Positions 24,768 through 35,265 of a stretch of DNA of 35,265 nt are shown here, piece by piece. A model generated the notes under the pieces. That model did not search any database and was not told the DNA's origin. It saw only the letters and a list, made by a program, of their open reading frames with translations. Location of the stretch: positions 1-35,265 of the forward strand of contig LPNZ01011614.1 in NCBI GenBank assembly GCA_001655205.1. The letters run 5' to 3'. How positions within the stretch are numbered: the stretch's first letter is position 1; every line of letters starts with the position of its first letter. The translations under genes were made by a program, and so were the position numbers. This DNA is from Lenisia limosa (taxonomy: Eukaryota; Protista; Breviatea).

Positions 24768-26539
24768 ATGAAGCTCTTTTTACTGAGCTTACTGCTGTTA
24801 TTTAGTTTTTCTATAGCGGAAACATATTTTCCGGAGATAAATATCCCGCTTGTCAAGCAGAGTTTTGTTTTGAATGTTAACCATCGCCTCTCTGACGACT
24901 CCTATGTTCCTTTAGGAACTATCTCCGTGGATCTCGACATTAAAAAGCAAAAAGGTTGGTGTTACCCTCTTGCTTGGCAGTTCCCAACGCTCCAGGAAGC
25001 AGAGTTCAGACCCACGAAGCTACCTTCTCTGGCCGCGAGTTCACCGAAAAGGAATGGAAAGGCTTCATGAAAATGGCCAAGAAAGATGCTTATTTTGGAA
25101 TTGAAGTAGGGCTTCGTCTTTTGGAATTTGCAATGTTGTTTTCTTTGTTCTCCTCTTCTATTGTTGAGATGCTTCTTTTACTGTGTAGATTTCTGGGGAG
25201 GAAGCCGTTCTTCCGAAGCCAATTCGAACCTCCGTATTCTCCGTAAGTTGAGTTATGATATTTAGACAACGCTAACCAAAGCCTATGATATCCAACGATG
25301 CTATCCCTTTAATATCATATCAATACAATGTTGGAGGGGACTACCTTTTTTTATTAAATCGTATGTACTACATGCTTTTAAATCAAGAATACTCCAATAA
25401 AAGCGCATAATTGCCAGCTTTGTTGATAAGCATATTTTTTCACCACATTCAGGTATGCATTATTGACCCTCCCCCCAGTGCAGCCTCTTGAAGGACGACC
25501 TTCTATCCGGCCTGGACCTTGTTCTGCTGTCTACCGGCCGTATTATCGACGTGCATCTGTCAACGCAAAGCCCTAGGTGCTCTCAAAAACCGGTAAGAGA
25601 AGGATAATCATGAAGGAATTCGTATGTTCCGTTGACTGTAATGACATTCTTCCTCTTAACCCCATCCCCCCACAGGAAAGTGCTGATGCTAAGCCTCTGC
25701 AAATGGCCATCAATGTTAAGATCACTGACGCTGTTGCGTAAGCTTGGTGGAAATGACTAATTGTTACGAGTTGGTCTATTTCGAATTGTTTGATAAGGGT
25801 ACCATATTTTCTCAGTAAAATTGTATAACATTTCATTGGATCCAATGAGTTGCCTTACAACAAAAATCTAATTGTCATCCAACCATGTTACACGATATAT
25901 TTTCATTCAACCAGGGTGGAATCGGTCCCTTTCAGACCGCGCTTTGGCCCGGAGTCCTACCCCTGGCATGATGTCAATAACATGAGAACTTTTGGCAAGA
26001 ATGGAGGTGGGAGGGAGATGTAAATTTGACTTCTGTTGTTAAGGGTGAATTGAATGTGTTGTTATCTTCCCTTTTTCTTTCTTAAAATAATGGTCTGGCC
26101 GGATTTATCAAGGTATATTACTCCCGATATTGCTCATTTCATATTCCTTTTTTTACCACGGGATGATACATAATTGAACGAATAATAGTTACCAACTTTA
26201 ACATGAGAGTGGACGGCTTCAGCCCTTTTTAATGGGGCAACAAGTATCCGAGATACCTTGGAGTATCAAACGCTGACATTGCTAATGAATGAAATCCTCT
26301 CTTTTCCACTAACTTGGCAGTAACTAACGAGCCCACTGCCCCCATCCCGATCAACGCTGAAGCAATCCCCCCGGTGGAGGAAAAGACGTTCTTCCAAAAG
26401 TACTGGCACTTCATTCTGCCTGCCGCTGTCTTCTTATTGGTAGGGGATTGGAATTATGTATACCGTTTTGGAGTATGCTAAAGTATGCTGAACTTGGCTC
26501 ATGCATTTAGTTACAAATGGTGATGAAGTAAGCGGCTGA
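24768..26539 (+). CDS. EMC10: ER membrane protein complex subunit 10
   Basis: Signal peptide MKLFLLSLLLLFSFSIA; luminal exons join in phase; diagnostic juxtamembrane motif PVEEKTFFQKYWHFILPAAVFLL (~26370-26439); final exon VTNGDEVSG-TGA. Confidence 0.85.
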
Positions 26540-26776
26540 AGACCCCCCCCCCCCCNNNNNNNNNNNNNNNNNNNNNNNNNNNNNNNNNNNNNNNNNNNNN
26601 NNNNNNNNNNNNNNNNNNNNNNNNNNNNAGACTTCAGAAACTATTGTACATTTACCATGATCACATGATCTACATTGTCGGAGGATCGTCCATGAGACCC
26701 AGACGTTCAAACTCAATACGGGCGTAATTCTGGGGGATTAGGAAGTCTTTGAGGCAAAGAGAGAACTCTATAAAGA

Positions 26777-27859
26777 TTAATTACACGTAGATAATATGTA
26801 ACTGTCATCTCCAATGACTTGAAAAGGTATGAAGATTTGAGCAAAAAAGCAACTCACGACAAAACAACTACATACTTGGATACTGGTGAGTTTATCAATC
26901 AAAGTTTGAATGCCGAGCTGTACGATCTGCTTAGCTGGCATCACGCCTGATGACTGGGGTAGGGGGAGTAATAGGAAATTTCGACGAAGAATATTGGAGT
27001 AAAGGTACAAATCAATTGAAAAATCTGAAACCTAACAAAATGAATGAAACAAACCAGCGGGGTGTATGTTGGGAGAAGAGTTGAGTGGGATGAATATGTC
27101 TTGGGTGGAGTTATCGATATTATTAGTACAGATATTATGAGGAAAAGTTCCTTTTCTGAAAAGAGGGGGGCAGGATGGGCAGGATAGATTTTCTCAAAAG
27201 GGATATTTGATTATTGAACTAAAAATCGAAAGGGAAGATAAAACAATACGAACAAATGAACCCACGAACCTCTACTGTAAACCTGAAGATTTCACAGCCA
27301 GTCTTTTTGTCTTTCCTTGTTGTGATTGTGACAACAGGCTGCTTGAAGTCTAGTTCTCTCTCGGCAAACTTCTTACATTCATTGCAGAACATGCATCTGC
27401 CATGTGAGGCTCGGTTGTTCAAACGCCAATATCCAACTGTTTCTGCGCTCAATAGGCAGTTTTAACATCACCACCCCCACCTCCAAACGTCCTCAACATC
27501 GACATTCTCAGCGGCCGTGGTGGTAAGGGCCTTTGTGGGACATGACTCAATACTACGGATGGTGAGTCAGAAGCAACCCACTGAAGCGCGAAGGTTGACA
27601 AAAAGTGACAAAGCTTAACAAACAGCTCAAAAAAAAGAATATAACCTTACAGAGCCTTCTTTTGTGGGAAAGTCAACGTAGCGACTGCGTGCTGATTGAT
27701 TGTAATCTGTGGCTGGTACGCGAAGACACAGCACGTGACAGGAGACCACTTGGCATGCTCCTTTCCGATACCCTGAGAGGTGTCAATGTTGATTCCTCTT
27801 CCGATCTGTGACTAAATAGACACAATAAACAATAACAACAGATTCCTCGAGATAGAGAT

Positions 27860-27914
<55 letters not shown>

Positions 27915-28960
27915 AACAGATTTAAACTGGCCGATGCGTCAATCCTGTCACTCTTCCCAAGTAGTAAATACCAAGGATACCGGCGTTGAGCAAAATACGT
28001 ACCTTCTTTGCGACAGCGCGCAGTTTGATGCTCTGGCCTTTCCTGAGTTTGCATAACACAATTGGCGGATCAATGGGCCTCACGTCATTGCCAGTCTCCG
28101 TGTCTATTAGGTTTGAGAAGTGACGAGTATGTCCAAGTAGGGACTCTCTTCGATGATTGATGGAAAGTCCATGTGTATTGAGAATCTATACTTTCTATTT
28201 GACCTTCCTAACCTCTATCCTCCCATTTGACCTTCCTAACCTCTATCCTCCCATTTGAGCTTCTCCGTAGTGACCAGCATTGTCTCGTCAGTGTTGCACG
28301 TCACGTCGAGACTGAATCCCACAGAACACATATCACAGGTGTCGGCACAGGTGCAATCCTTGGGGGGGGGGGGTAAATGGAAACTAATGAAACAAAAAGC
28401 CGGAATCAACTTGAAAATGGATATTTATCACACTAAAAGAAAAAAAAACTCTGATGGCTACCAANNNNNNNNNNNNNNNNNNNNNNNNNNNNNNNNNNNN
28501 NNNNNNNNNNNNNNNNNNNNNNNNNNNNNNNNNNNNNNNNNNNNNNNNNNNNNATGGTGGGGTGAAGTGGACATAAATAATCAATAAAACACTCAGCACA
28601 CCAAACAGAGATTATGATAGGAAGCCTACTCTAGTGTATGCAAAGCTGTTGACTGATTTTGAGACAAGGGGAACAAGACCGAGACGATGGGCCAGAAACT
28701 CGTCCGCCATAACACTACTGTTCTGATGGATGTCGACAAGGTCAATAGCTATGGTCGGCTACATTGGTTATTTCTGATTTTTGACCATTAAATGTCAAAA
28801 TAGATTCAAGAGAGAGCCAGCAGACCACTTCAGCAATGATAACTCGACGAAGAGCGTTTGCGACTGAAGCATCCGTTCCTGTTAGCAGAAATACAATTTT
28901 TTCATCTGTCTGTTGTTTAATCTCAACACGAGGACTTCTAGCCTTTGGAGCACCCTCCAT
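26777..28960 (-). CDS. RPB3: DNA-directed RNA polymerase II subunit RPB3
   Basis: [45 protein letters not shown]; [23 protein letters not shown]; Zn loop [21 protein letters not shown]; [32 protein letters not shown]; FRFTVE|[11 protein letters not shown]. The Zn-loop CxC..CxxC favours RPB3 over the paralogue AC40. Confidence 0.95.
27848..27912. repeat. (GAGATA)n/(GA)n microsatellite
   Basis: Directly visible in an RPB3 intron. Confidence 0.9.
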
Positions 28961-29235
28961 ATTGGACTACTGCTTTGCGAATTACTCGTCCGCTACTAGC
29001 TTATTGTAAATAATGTATAGACCCTTTTAAAATTATATCACCATTTATAAAATTAGTAGTCAATTAGTAGCCTCCGTTTTTAAAAATTTGCTTTTTTTAA
29101 GACACGTTCACGTGGCGTCAACTATGTAAGTTTTTTCACCACCAATTTTTTCAGACTTCAATTGCCACAGTATGACTTAAATATCAGGTATTTAGAATAA
29201 AATAAGAAGACCATAGCCTTTGCAGTTTCATTATA
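28961..29235. promoter_or_regulatory. Probable bidirectional promoter between RPB3 and CLASP
   Basis: Only 275 bp separate the divergent ATGs; AT-rich, with a central CACGTTCACGTGGCGTCA at ~29103-29120. Confidence 0.55.
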
Positions 29236-32200
29236 ATGAGTGAAGTTGACTCACTAATTGATGCTCTGCTTTCGAAATGTAAGCCACCCTTTCCTCCCTT
29301 TCCTGATCAACTGTGTAGCAATTAAAGAGAAAATCGAAGCTGCAGCATCATTGGAGGCTTACTTAGACTCTGGTGGAACCGTTACTGAAAATGTTTGTAA
29401 CTGGTAACTGTTCTGATCTCACACCCATAGTTTCGCCCCCTTGTCAAAGCAGTTTGTACAGTTGTTGCTGCATCCAATCCTAAGGTTTGTTCTAGACCAT
29501 TGGCTGTGGGAAACCCTGGTTCTCTTGTTAACATTGTGCGAGTCCTGATGTCAACAGGCCACTCTTCAAGGAATCAAATGCCTCGAGAAGCTCTCCGAAA
29601 CTCACATTTCAGTGTTTCCCAACGTAAGTCATCGTTGTTATTTTACTTTCAAGCACATCAACGCGTGCTTGTCGACAGTGATAGACAAGCTTGGTGACTC
29701 ACGCCAGCCAGCGCGTGATGCTGCTCTTGCACTCTCCGAAACGGTTGGTCTGTGATGACAGGTGTAATGACCATGTGATAAATGGGAAGGCCCCGTTATA
29801 GCACGATTATAGCATTAAGAGCTTTAAATATTAAAGTTTTTCGAATTCTTAATTCTTGTGTAATTAAGGAATCCTTAATGGCATTGCTCGGTCTCTTACT
29901 TTGTAGCTGGTCGAGTTGTCGCTTGATAGAGAGTCAACCCACGCGTCTTATGTCGCTGCCCTTTCAAACAAAAACGCCAAGACAAGAGAATACGTAGGTG
30001 TTTCAGTATTGCCAAGCCATCACAACAAAAGAATACTTACCACCCAGGCTGCGCTCCTGATTGGCCGCGTGATTGACAAGCACGGCGACCCTGCAACGAT
30101 ACTCAACGCGTCCATCAAGCTCTTTGACGATGCCAACAAGCCGGTTCGTGATGCTGTCATCACCATGGCCGCTGAAGCTATGAAACGCCACTCAAACCCT
30201 GACCAAGTGGGATGCTGTCTTGTCTCATTTATAAATCCTGCTTAAATGCGCAAAACAACCCGCAAAATATACAAATCGATAATTCATTCATAAGAATTTA
30301 AATGGCCGATAAACCCCTCAATACTGTATCCAAATGGCCGATAAACCCCTCAATACTGTATCCAAATGGCCGATAAACCCCTCGATACTGTATCCAGATG
30401 GCCAATAATGGGACAAAGCAGTGTATGACACCCCAGGTTCCAGGCCTTCTTGTCAAAAAAGGAGTGAGATCTGCCCATTCACAGGCCGTGGCTGATAAGT
30501 ATGTGTTTTGCTACTCAGTGTCGTATTTCATATGGGGGGGGGGGGGNNNNNNNNNNNNNNNNNNNNNNNNNNNNNNNNNNNNNNNNNNNNNNNNNNNNNN
30601 NNNNNNNNNNNNNNNNNNNNNNNNNNNNNGATAACATATGATACGTACTATATTTGCTTCCTTCTGATGAAATAGGGCTGCAAGTTTGGGTCTAAGCGGT
30701 TCAACCAAATCGGACTCGCAATCCAACCTCACAGCCTCCATGTCTTCCCTCCCGATCTCAAGGAATGACCCGTAAGCTTAATGTGCATATCATTATCTCA
30801 TAGAGATATCATATAAGTATTATATTATACTGGATGTAGGAAATAAAAATGGTACCAAATGGACATCATATGATAGTTATCTCACATTGTTTTTGAAAAA
30901 AAAACATATTTTTGCTTCACTATTTGAACTGCAGTGTCTCTACACTCTCCCCCTTGCAAGATACTTGCTGACATTCACAATAATGTGATACCTTCGGGGT
31001 ATAACAAGTTATCTTAGGATCAAAAAATACGCAATTTTAAGATGCACAGCGGCATGTATCAAAAATGTACATGTTACTTAACCTGTCTCCGCTGGGTTTT
31101 TATTTTTTTTCTTAGAGTTTTCCATTTTTACACCATCCAGCTATGCCTCTACGTTCGACCTGTCCTCCGCATCCTCCATTGACATTGGAAGTGATCGCGA
31201 GTTGAAGCAGGAGATCTCCAGCCTTCAAACCTGCTTCTCCCTGGGTGACGCTCAGTGGAAAAAGAAAATCGATGGTGAGGTTGCCTAGGATGAATTAAGT
31301 TTTCTTTTTTAAGTGAAGCAATTCTCACTGTGTAGGCCTTGTCAAACTCAAGGCCATTGCTGTGGGCTCGGCAGTAGGGCTTTCTTCGTGGAACGAGTCT
31401 TTGGCCACTCTTGCTCCCTTCCTTCTCCAACTGGTATACTGATTTCCTGCCCTCTGTAATCGTCTAGTGCCTTATTAGATGTGATTACCTTTTTTAATCA
31501 TAGGCCTCGATGAGCTATGATTNNNNNNNNNNNNNNNNNNNNNNNNNNNNNNNNNNNNNNNNNNNNNNNNNNNNNNNNNNNNNNNNNNNNNNNNNNNNNN
31601 NNNNNNNNNNNNNNNNNNNNNNNNNNNNNNCGGCTGTGACGGGCCCCGGTTTTGAGGTTGTTGCTCTCCGGATTGTTCCGGCACTGTGCAAGCAGGTGGC
31701 CACCACGGTCAAAGTCATTTCAAGCTGCTCGTCCCATACTTGTTGGGGGGTATGGCATAAGTTCCAAATAACAAAGCATGACAGCATGACATCCGAAACC
31801 TTAGGCTACTGCCAAACAATCCGAAACCTTAGCTTAGGCTGTTGCCAAACATCCGAAACCTTAGGCTACTGCCAAACAATAAACACTCCACATTGTTTAG
31901 TTCATACTTGGGGCAGAATTGACTTCCTTCTCCTGTCTAGTAGTTTGCTTTAGTTACATTTCAGGCGAAGCCATTATTGAACTCTCGCAACCCACCCGCG
32001 TTCTCCCGCGGATTGTCGACCTTCTTTCTGAGACCAAGGTCTGCTACCCTGAGCTTTTCATATTTACTCAATGGATACCTGACATTCTCCCCAAGTTTCG
32101 AAAACACTAGTTTTATGGTTCCAATTTCTTTGTTTTTGGATATCCGAAGCTATAAAAGGAATGCACGCTATCTTTATCCTTTTTAGTCCGCAATTGTCAG

Positions 32201-35200
32201 AAAATTTGTTGCCACCCAAATTACCCTTCTTCTCTGTAAGTGGTTGAAAAGCATTGCTTTGAGCCATCCATGTTTAGTGCTTCTTTCCAGTATTATGTCA
32301 TTCATTACCATTTCAGCCATTTGTCCCCCCAACAACCTTTCGAGAGTCGTGGATTCTGCCACCTCTTCCATCCGCACTCTTCTGAAGGACCCAAGCAGTA
32401 AGTGTAATTGCCCTGTTTTCTGCTTCTTTTGTCTTGATTGGGCTTCTTTTCTATTACCTCAGCAAGGTAACGTTTTGTGAAGCAATACTCATTTTTTTGC
32501 TCATCTATACTCTGCATCTTATTGTCACCACTGCACTCCGCTCCCCTAACCCTGCAGATGAAACAAGGAAGGAGGCAAGGAAGGCTGTCTGGGCTCTGGA
32601 AAGCAAATTCCCTGATTTGGCTAATCAGTCGGCGGCGGCGGCGGGAGAGGGTGTGTGATAAAAGCTTCACCTCGGTTCGAAAAAGACCGGAAAATTATCG
32701 ATAGTTTTCGAGACTTTATCGAGAAATTCATTCTTTTTTCCAACCGAAGTGAAGACCTAGGTATATGGCACATGTCGTAATGAGAGAGTATTGTAGAAAT
32801 GCGGGTACACTGGTCTTGTATTCGATGTGTCATTGACCGTGTTAAATAGTGACCGAAATGTCATTCCTGTAGGGAAATCGGATTTTAGACCTTTCAAACA
32901 TTTTGAAAGTGCCTTTAGATGATGTAGACCCTACATTTATGTTATCAGAATAATTTTGATTATTTATGAATTAAGTGAATGGATTCACTAAATTATGAAA
33001 AATACACCGATTTTAGTGAAATTTAGTCAAAGTTGCTACACAGCGATTGGAGGGAATTGAACCAATCAACTTTTTGACTTCTTCTCTTTATTACGCCCAT
33101 TTTAGAAAACTAACTTAGAAAAAGGGTCAAGAATCAAGAAATAAGAGCTTTAGTAGGGTGACCTCAGTTTAGTTCATGAACTGAGCTTTAAATTCACGTT
33201 TTTTTTAATATTCCATTCGCTAAATTCATAAAATTCACAAAATTTCACTAAAATCGGTATATTTTTCATAATTTAGTTCATTCACTTCATTCATAAATAA
33301 TCAAAACTATTCTGAAAACAAAAATGTGTGTCTACATCATCTAAAGGCACTTTTAAAATGTTTGAAAGGTCTAAAACCGATTTCCCTACAGGACCAACAT
33401 TTAGGTCACTATTTAACACGGTCACTAATTGTTCAACTTTCCGAGAAATGATCAGAACACTATTATTTTTCAGCTGAATATTCAACAGTTTTTTGTCCTT
33501 CTACTTGCCTGACATTTTAGGCTGATCTACTCTCTTGAACCAAGCCTTCAGAAAACTGTACTGGATTCCAAGTCTTCCAGCAAGGCCTCAGTCTCGTAAG
33601 TGGGTTGTTCTTGATGCTAGCGGAGATTTCTCTTTTGAGTCAAGAGATAGATTGTCACCTTGCAGGAGATTCAACACTATGCCGCCACCATCACGCACTC
33701 GGCCCGCTACTGCCCAGGTAAACTGCCTTGCGTTACATGCTAGTCCTGAGCTCTTCCTGAACTTTGTCAAAACTCTGAGATACCGGTGCTAGTCCTGNNN
33801 NNNNNNNNNNNNNNNNNNNNNNNNNNNNNNNNNNNNNNNNNNNNNNNNNNNNNNNNNNNNNNNNNNNNNNNNNNNNNNNNNNNNNNNNNNNNNNNNNNNN
33901 NNNNNNNNNNNNNNNNNNNNNNNNNNNNNNNNNNNNNNNNNNNNNNNNNNNNNGCAGCCGCAGCCGGCCCGACCTCGCACATCCAACCCCCCATCCTACT
34001 CCAGTGCCCCCACACCCCCGGGACCCCCGGGACCCTCGGGGGGCCCTCAGCGGCCACAAACCGGGGCTCGGAGAATGCCGGTTAAAGAGGTGGGGGGNNN
34101 NNNNNNNNNNNNNNNNNNNNNNNNNNNNNNNNNNNNNNNNNNNNNNNNNNNNNNNNNNNNNNNNNNNNNNNNNNNNNNNNNNNNNNNNNNNNNNNNNNNN
34201 NNNNNNNNNNNNNNNNNNNNNNNNNNNNNNNNNNNNNNNNNNNNNNNNNNNNNNNNNNTTGTGGTCTATTACAGTTTTTTGCTTTCCCGCCAAATGTCTG
34301 TATTTCACCCTACAGTCGACAACAATGGCTGGAGGAGCGCGTAGAGCGACAGCGCCACCCCAACAGGTGCCGGGCGTTACGTTGCCTTCTCTTTCGTCAA
34401 GATAAGATTGCTTGATTGTAAAACATCAATTTTGTGTCAGTCTTTTTCTGATCGTGATGTCCTGATTGATGCTTTTGCCTCTTGTCACCATTTACAATGT
34501 CCTCCCCGCAGGCCCGGAGCCAGCAGGAAGCGGAGGATGACAGCAGTGTGGAGGATGCGTGTCAGCGTGCGGCGGCAGACTCGTGGACCACGCGATGCAG
34601 CGCGGTGCTTTCATTGCAGAAAATGTCATCAACGCAGGCGGGCATCATGGCGCTGACACGTCATAAGGCTGAGGTGGTCCGGACGCTGAAGAACCGAATG
34701 CAGGATTCGCACTCGCGCGTGGTTCAGGCCGCGCTCAACGCCATCAGCAATTTGGTCCAAGCTGTACCAGGCATCCTTGATGACGACTTGGAGTCTGTGC
34801 TTCCCCTGATTTACAGTCGAACTGCGGATACCAAGGTTTGCCCTGCCCTCTGTTTTTATCCCCGGTCCAGTTTGATAATATTGCTCACTGCTCAGGACAC
34901 AATGAAGAGTTTTGCGGTTGATCTGTCCTCATCCATGCTCCAAGTCTACAGCCCCAGTATGCGGAAGTTCACGCAGATTGCTTCTTTGAAAGGCAAATGG
35001 CTCTACTCCCACACTTTTCCTGACCCCCCAGATATCCTCTTCCCTGCAGCCATCAAGGCTTTGGAGTGCTCGTTCGCGAGAGCGCTCAGCGTTTGTCTCT
35101 CTGACTTATCGTCAAAAATCGTTCCCTATATCTCCCCCTCCACCAAGTCCCATGGTGGTTGTGGCTTGTGCTGAATCCAACCCATACTCTGGCACACCTC

Positions 35201-35265
35201 ATATCCTGACGCTTTAGTTATCAAAGCTTGCATCCACAAAATCATCCCGCTAACTGTTCACAAAG
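29236..35265 (+). CDS. CLASP: CLASP-like TOG/HEAT-repeat microtubule-associated protein, 3'-partial
   Basis: MSEVDSLIDALLSK..; TOG-type motifs VIDKLGDSRQPARDAA, ALSNKNAKTRE, KLFDDANKPVRDA, QWKKKID.LVKLKA, VPALCKQVATTVKVISSCS, DETRKEARKAVWALESKFP, and a further TOG DSWTTRCSAV..RMQDSHSRVVQAALNAI..LPLIYSRTADTK. The window ends at an acceptor (CTAAC..AAG). Confidence 0.8.
30300..30395 (+). repeat. 32-bp tandem repeat x3
   Basis: AAATGGCCGATAAACCCCTCAATACTGTATCC; CLASP intron. Confidence 0.9.
32659..32759 (+). mobile_element. ~100-bp hAT-like MITE, subfamily B, full length
   Basis: TAAAAGCTTCACCTCGGTTCGAAAAAG ... TTTTTTCCAACCGAAGTGAAGACCTA; possible TSD GGTGTGTG/GGTATATG (6/8, 1-nt offset); CLASP intron. 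Confidence 0.8.
32834..33424. mobile_element. 591-bp non-autonomous foldback/MULE-like element with ~190-bp terminal inverted repeats
   Basis: Left TGACCGTGTTAAATAGTGACCGAAATG..CCTGTAGGGAAATCGG..TTTAGACCTTTCAAACATTTT.AAAGTGCCTTTAGATGATGTAGAC.. is the reverse complement, with scattered mismatches, of the right arm ending ..GTCACTATTTAACACGGTCA. No ORF and no clear TSD. Confidence 0.85.

Noticed and set aside
30910-31060. Similarity to the 255-500 region (CTATTTGAACTGYAGT, CACAA..TGATA..GGGGTAT)
   Set aside because: Only short patchy matches in AT-rich DNA; cannot be supported without alignment statistics.
1-32759. MITEs as introner elements
   Set aside because: Element ends do not coincide with splice sites; the copies sit inside larger GT-AG introns.
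1261-34258. N gaps as regularly spaced biological elements
   Set aside because: They are assembly gaps, mostly adjacent to G/C homopolymers; their content is unknown.
136-35265. Non-standard genetic code or non-canonical introns
   Set aside because: All reconstructed junctions can be explained by GT-AG in consistent phase, and genes end in TAA or TGA with no need for stop reassignment.

Overview
This is eukaryotic, very intron-rich genomic DNA (probably a protist; the taxon cannot be assigned from the sequence). It uses the standard genetic code and GT-AG introns with CTAAY branch points. Many N gaps, usually starting right after G or C homopolymers, hide parts of exons, so CDS coordinates are gene spans, not exon-exact models. 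Six protein genes are supported: (1) a large type I single-pass membrane protein (<136-11993, +); (2) a Cys-rich TNFR/GCC2-GCC3-like repeat protein with apparent lesions (~12611-16658, +); (3) a poly-Glu / Ser-rich / ankyrin-repeat protein (24190-17182, -); (4) EMC10 (24768-26539, +); (5) RPB3 (28960-26777, -), which retains a ferredoxin-type CP...CxxCxxC motif; (6) a CLASP-like TOG/HEAT protein (29236->35265, +). The most unusual signals are non-coding. Introns on both strands carry G-tracts after the donor and C-tracts before the acceptor. An intronic ~100-bp hAT-like MITE family (8-bp TSDs) has CpGs phased at 10/11-bp steps. There are two larger inverted-repeat elements, and short tandem duplications repeatedly copy splice sites.
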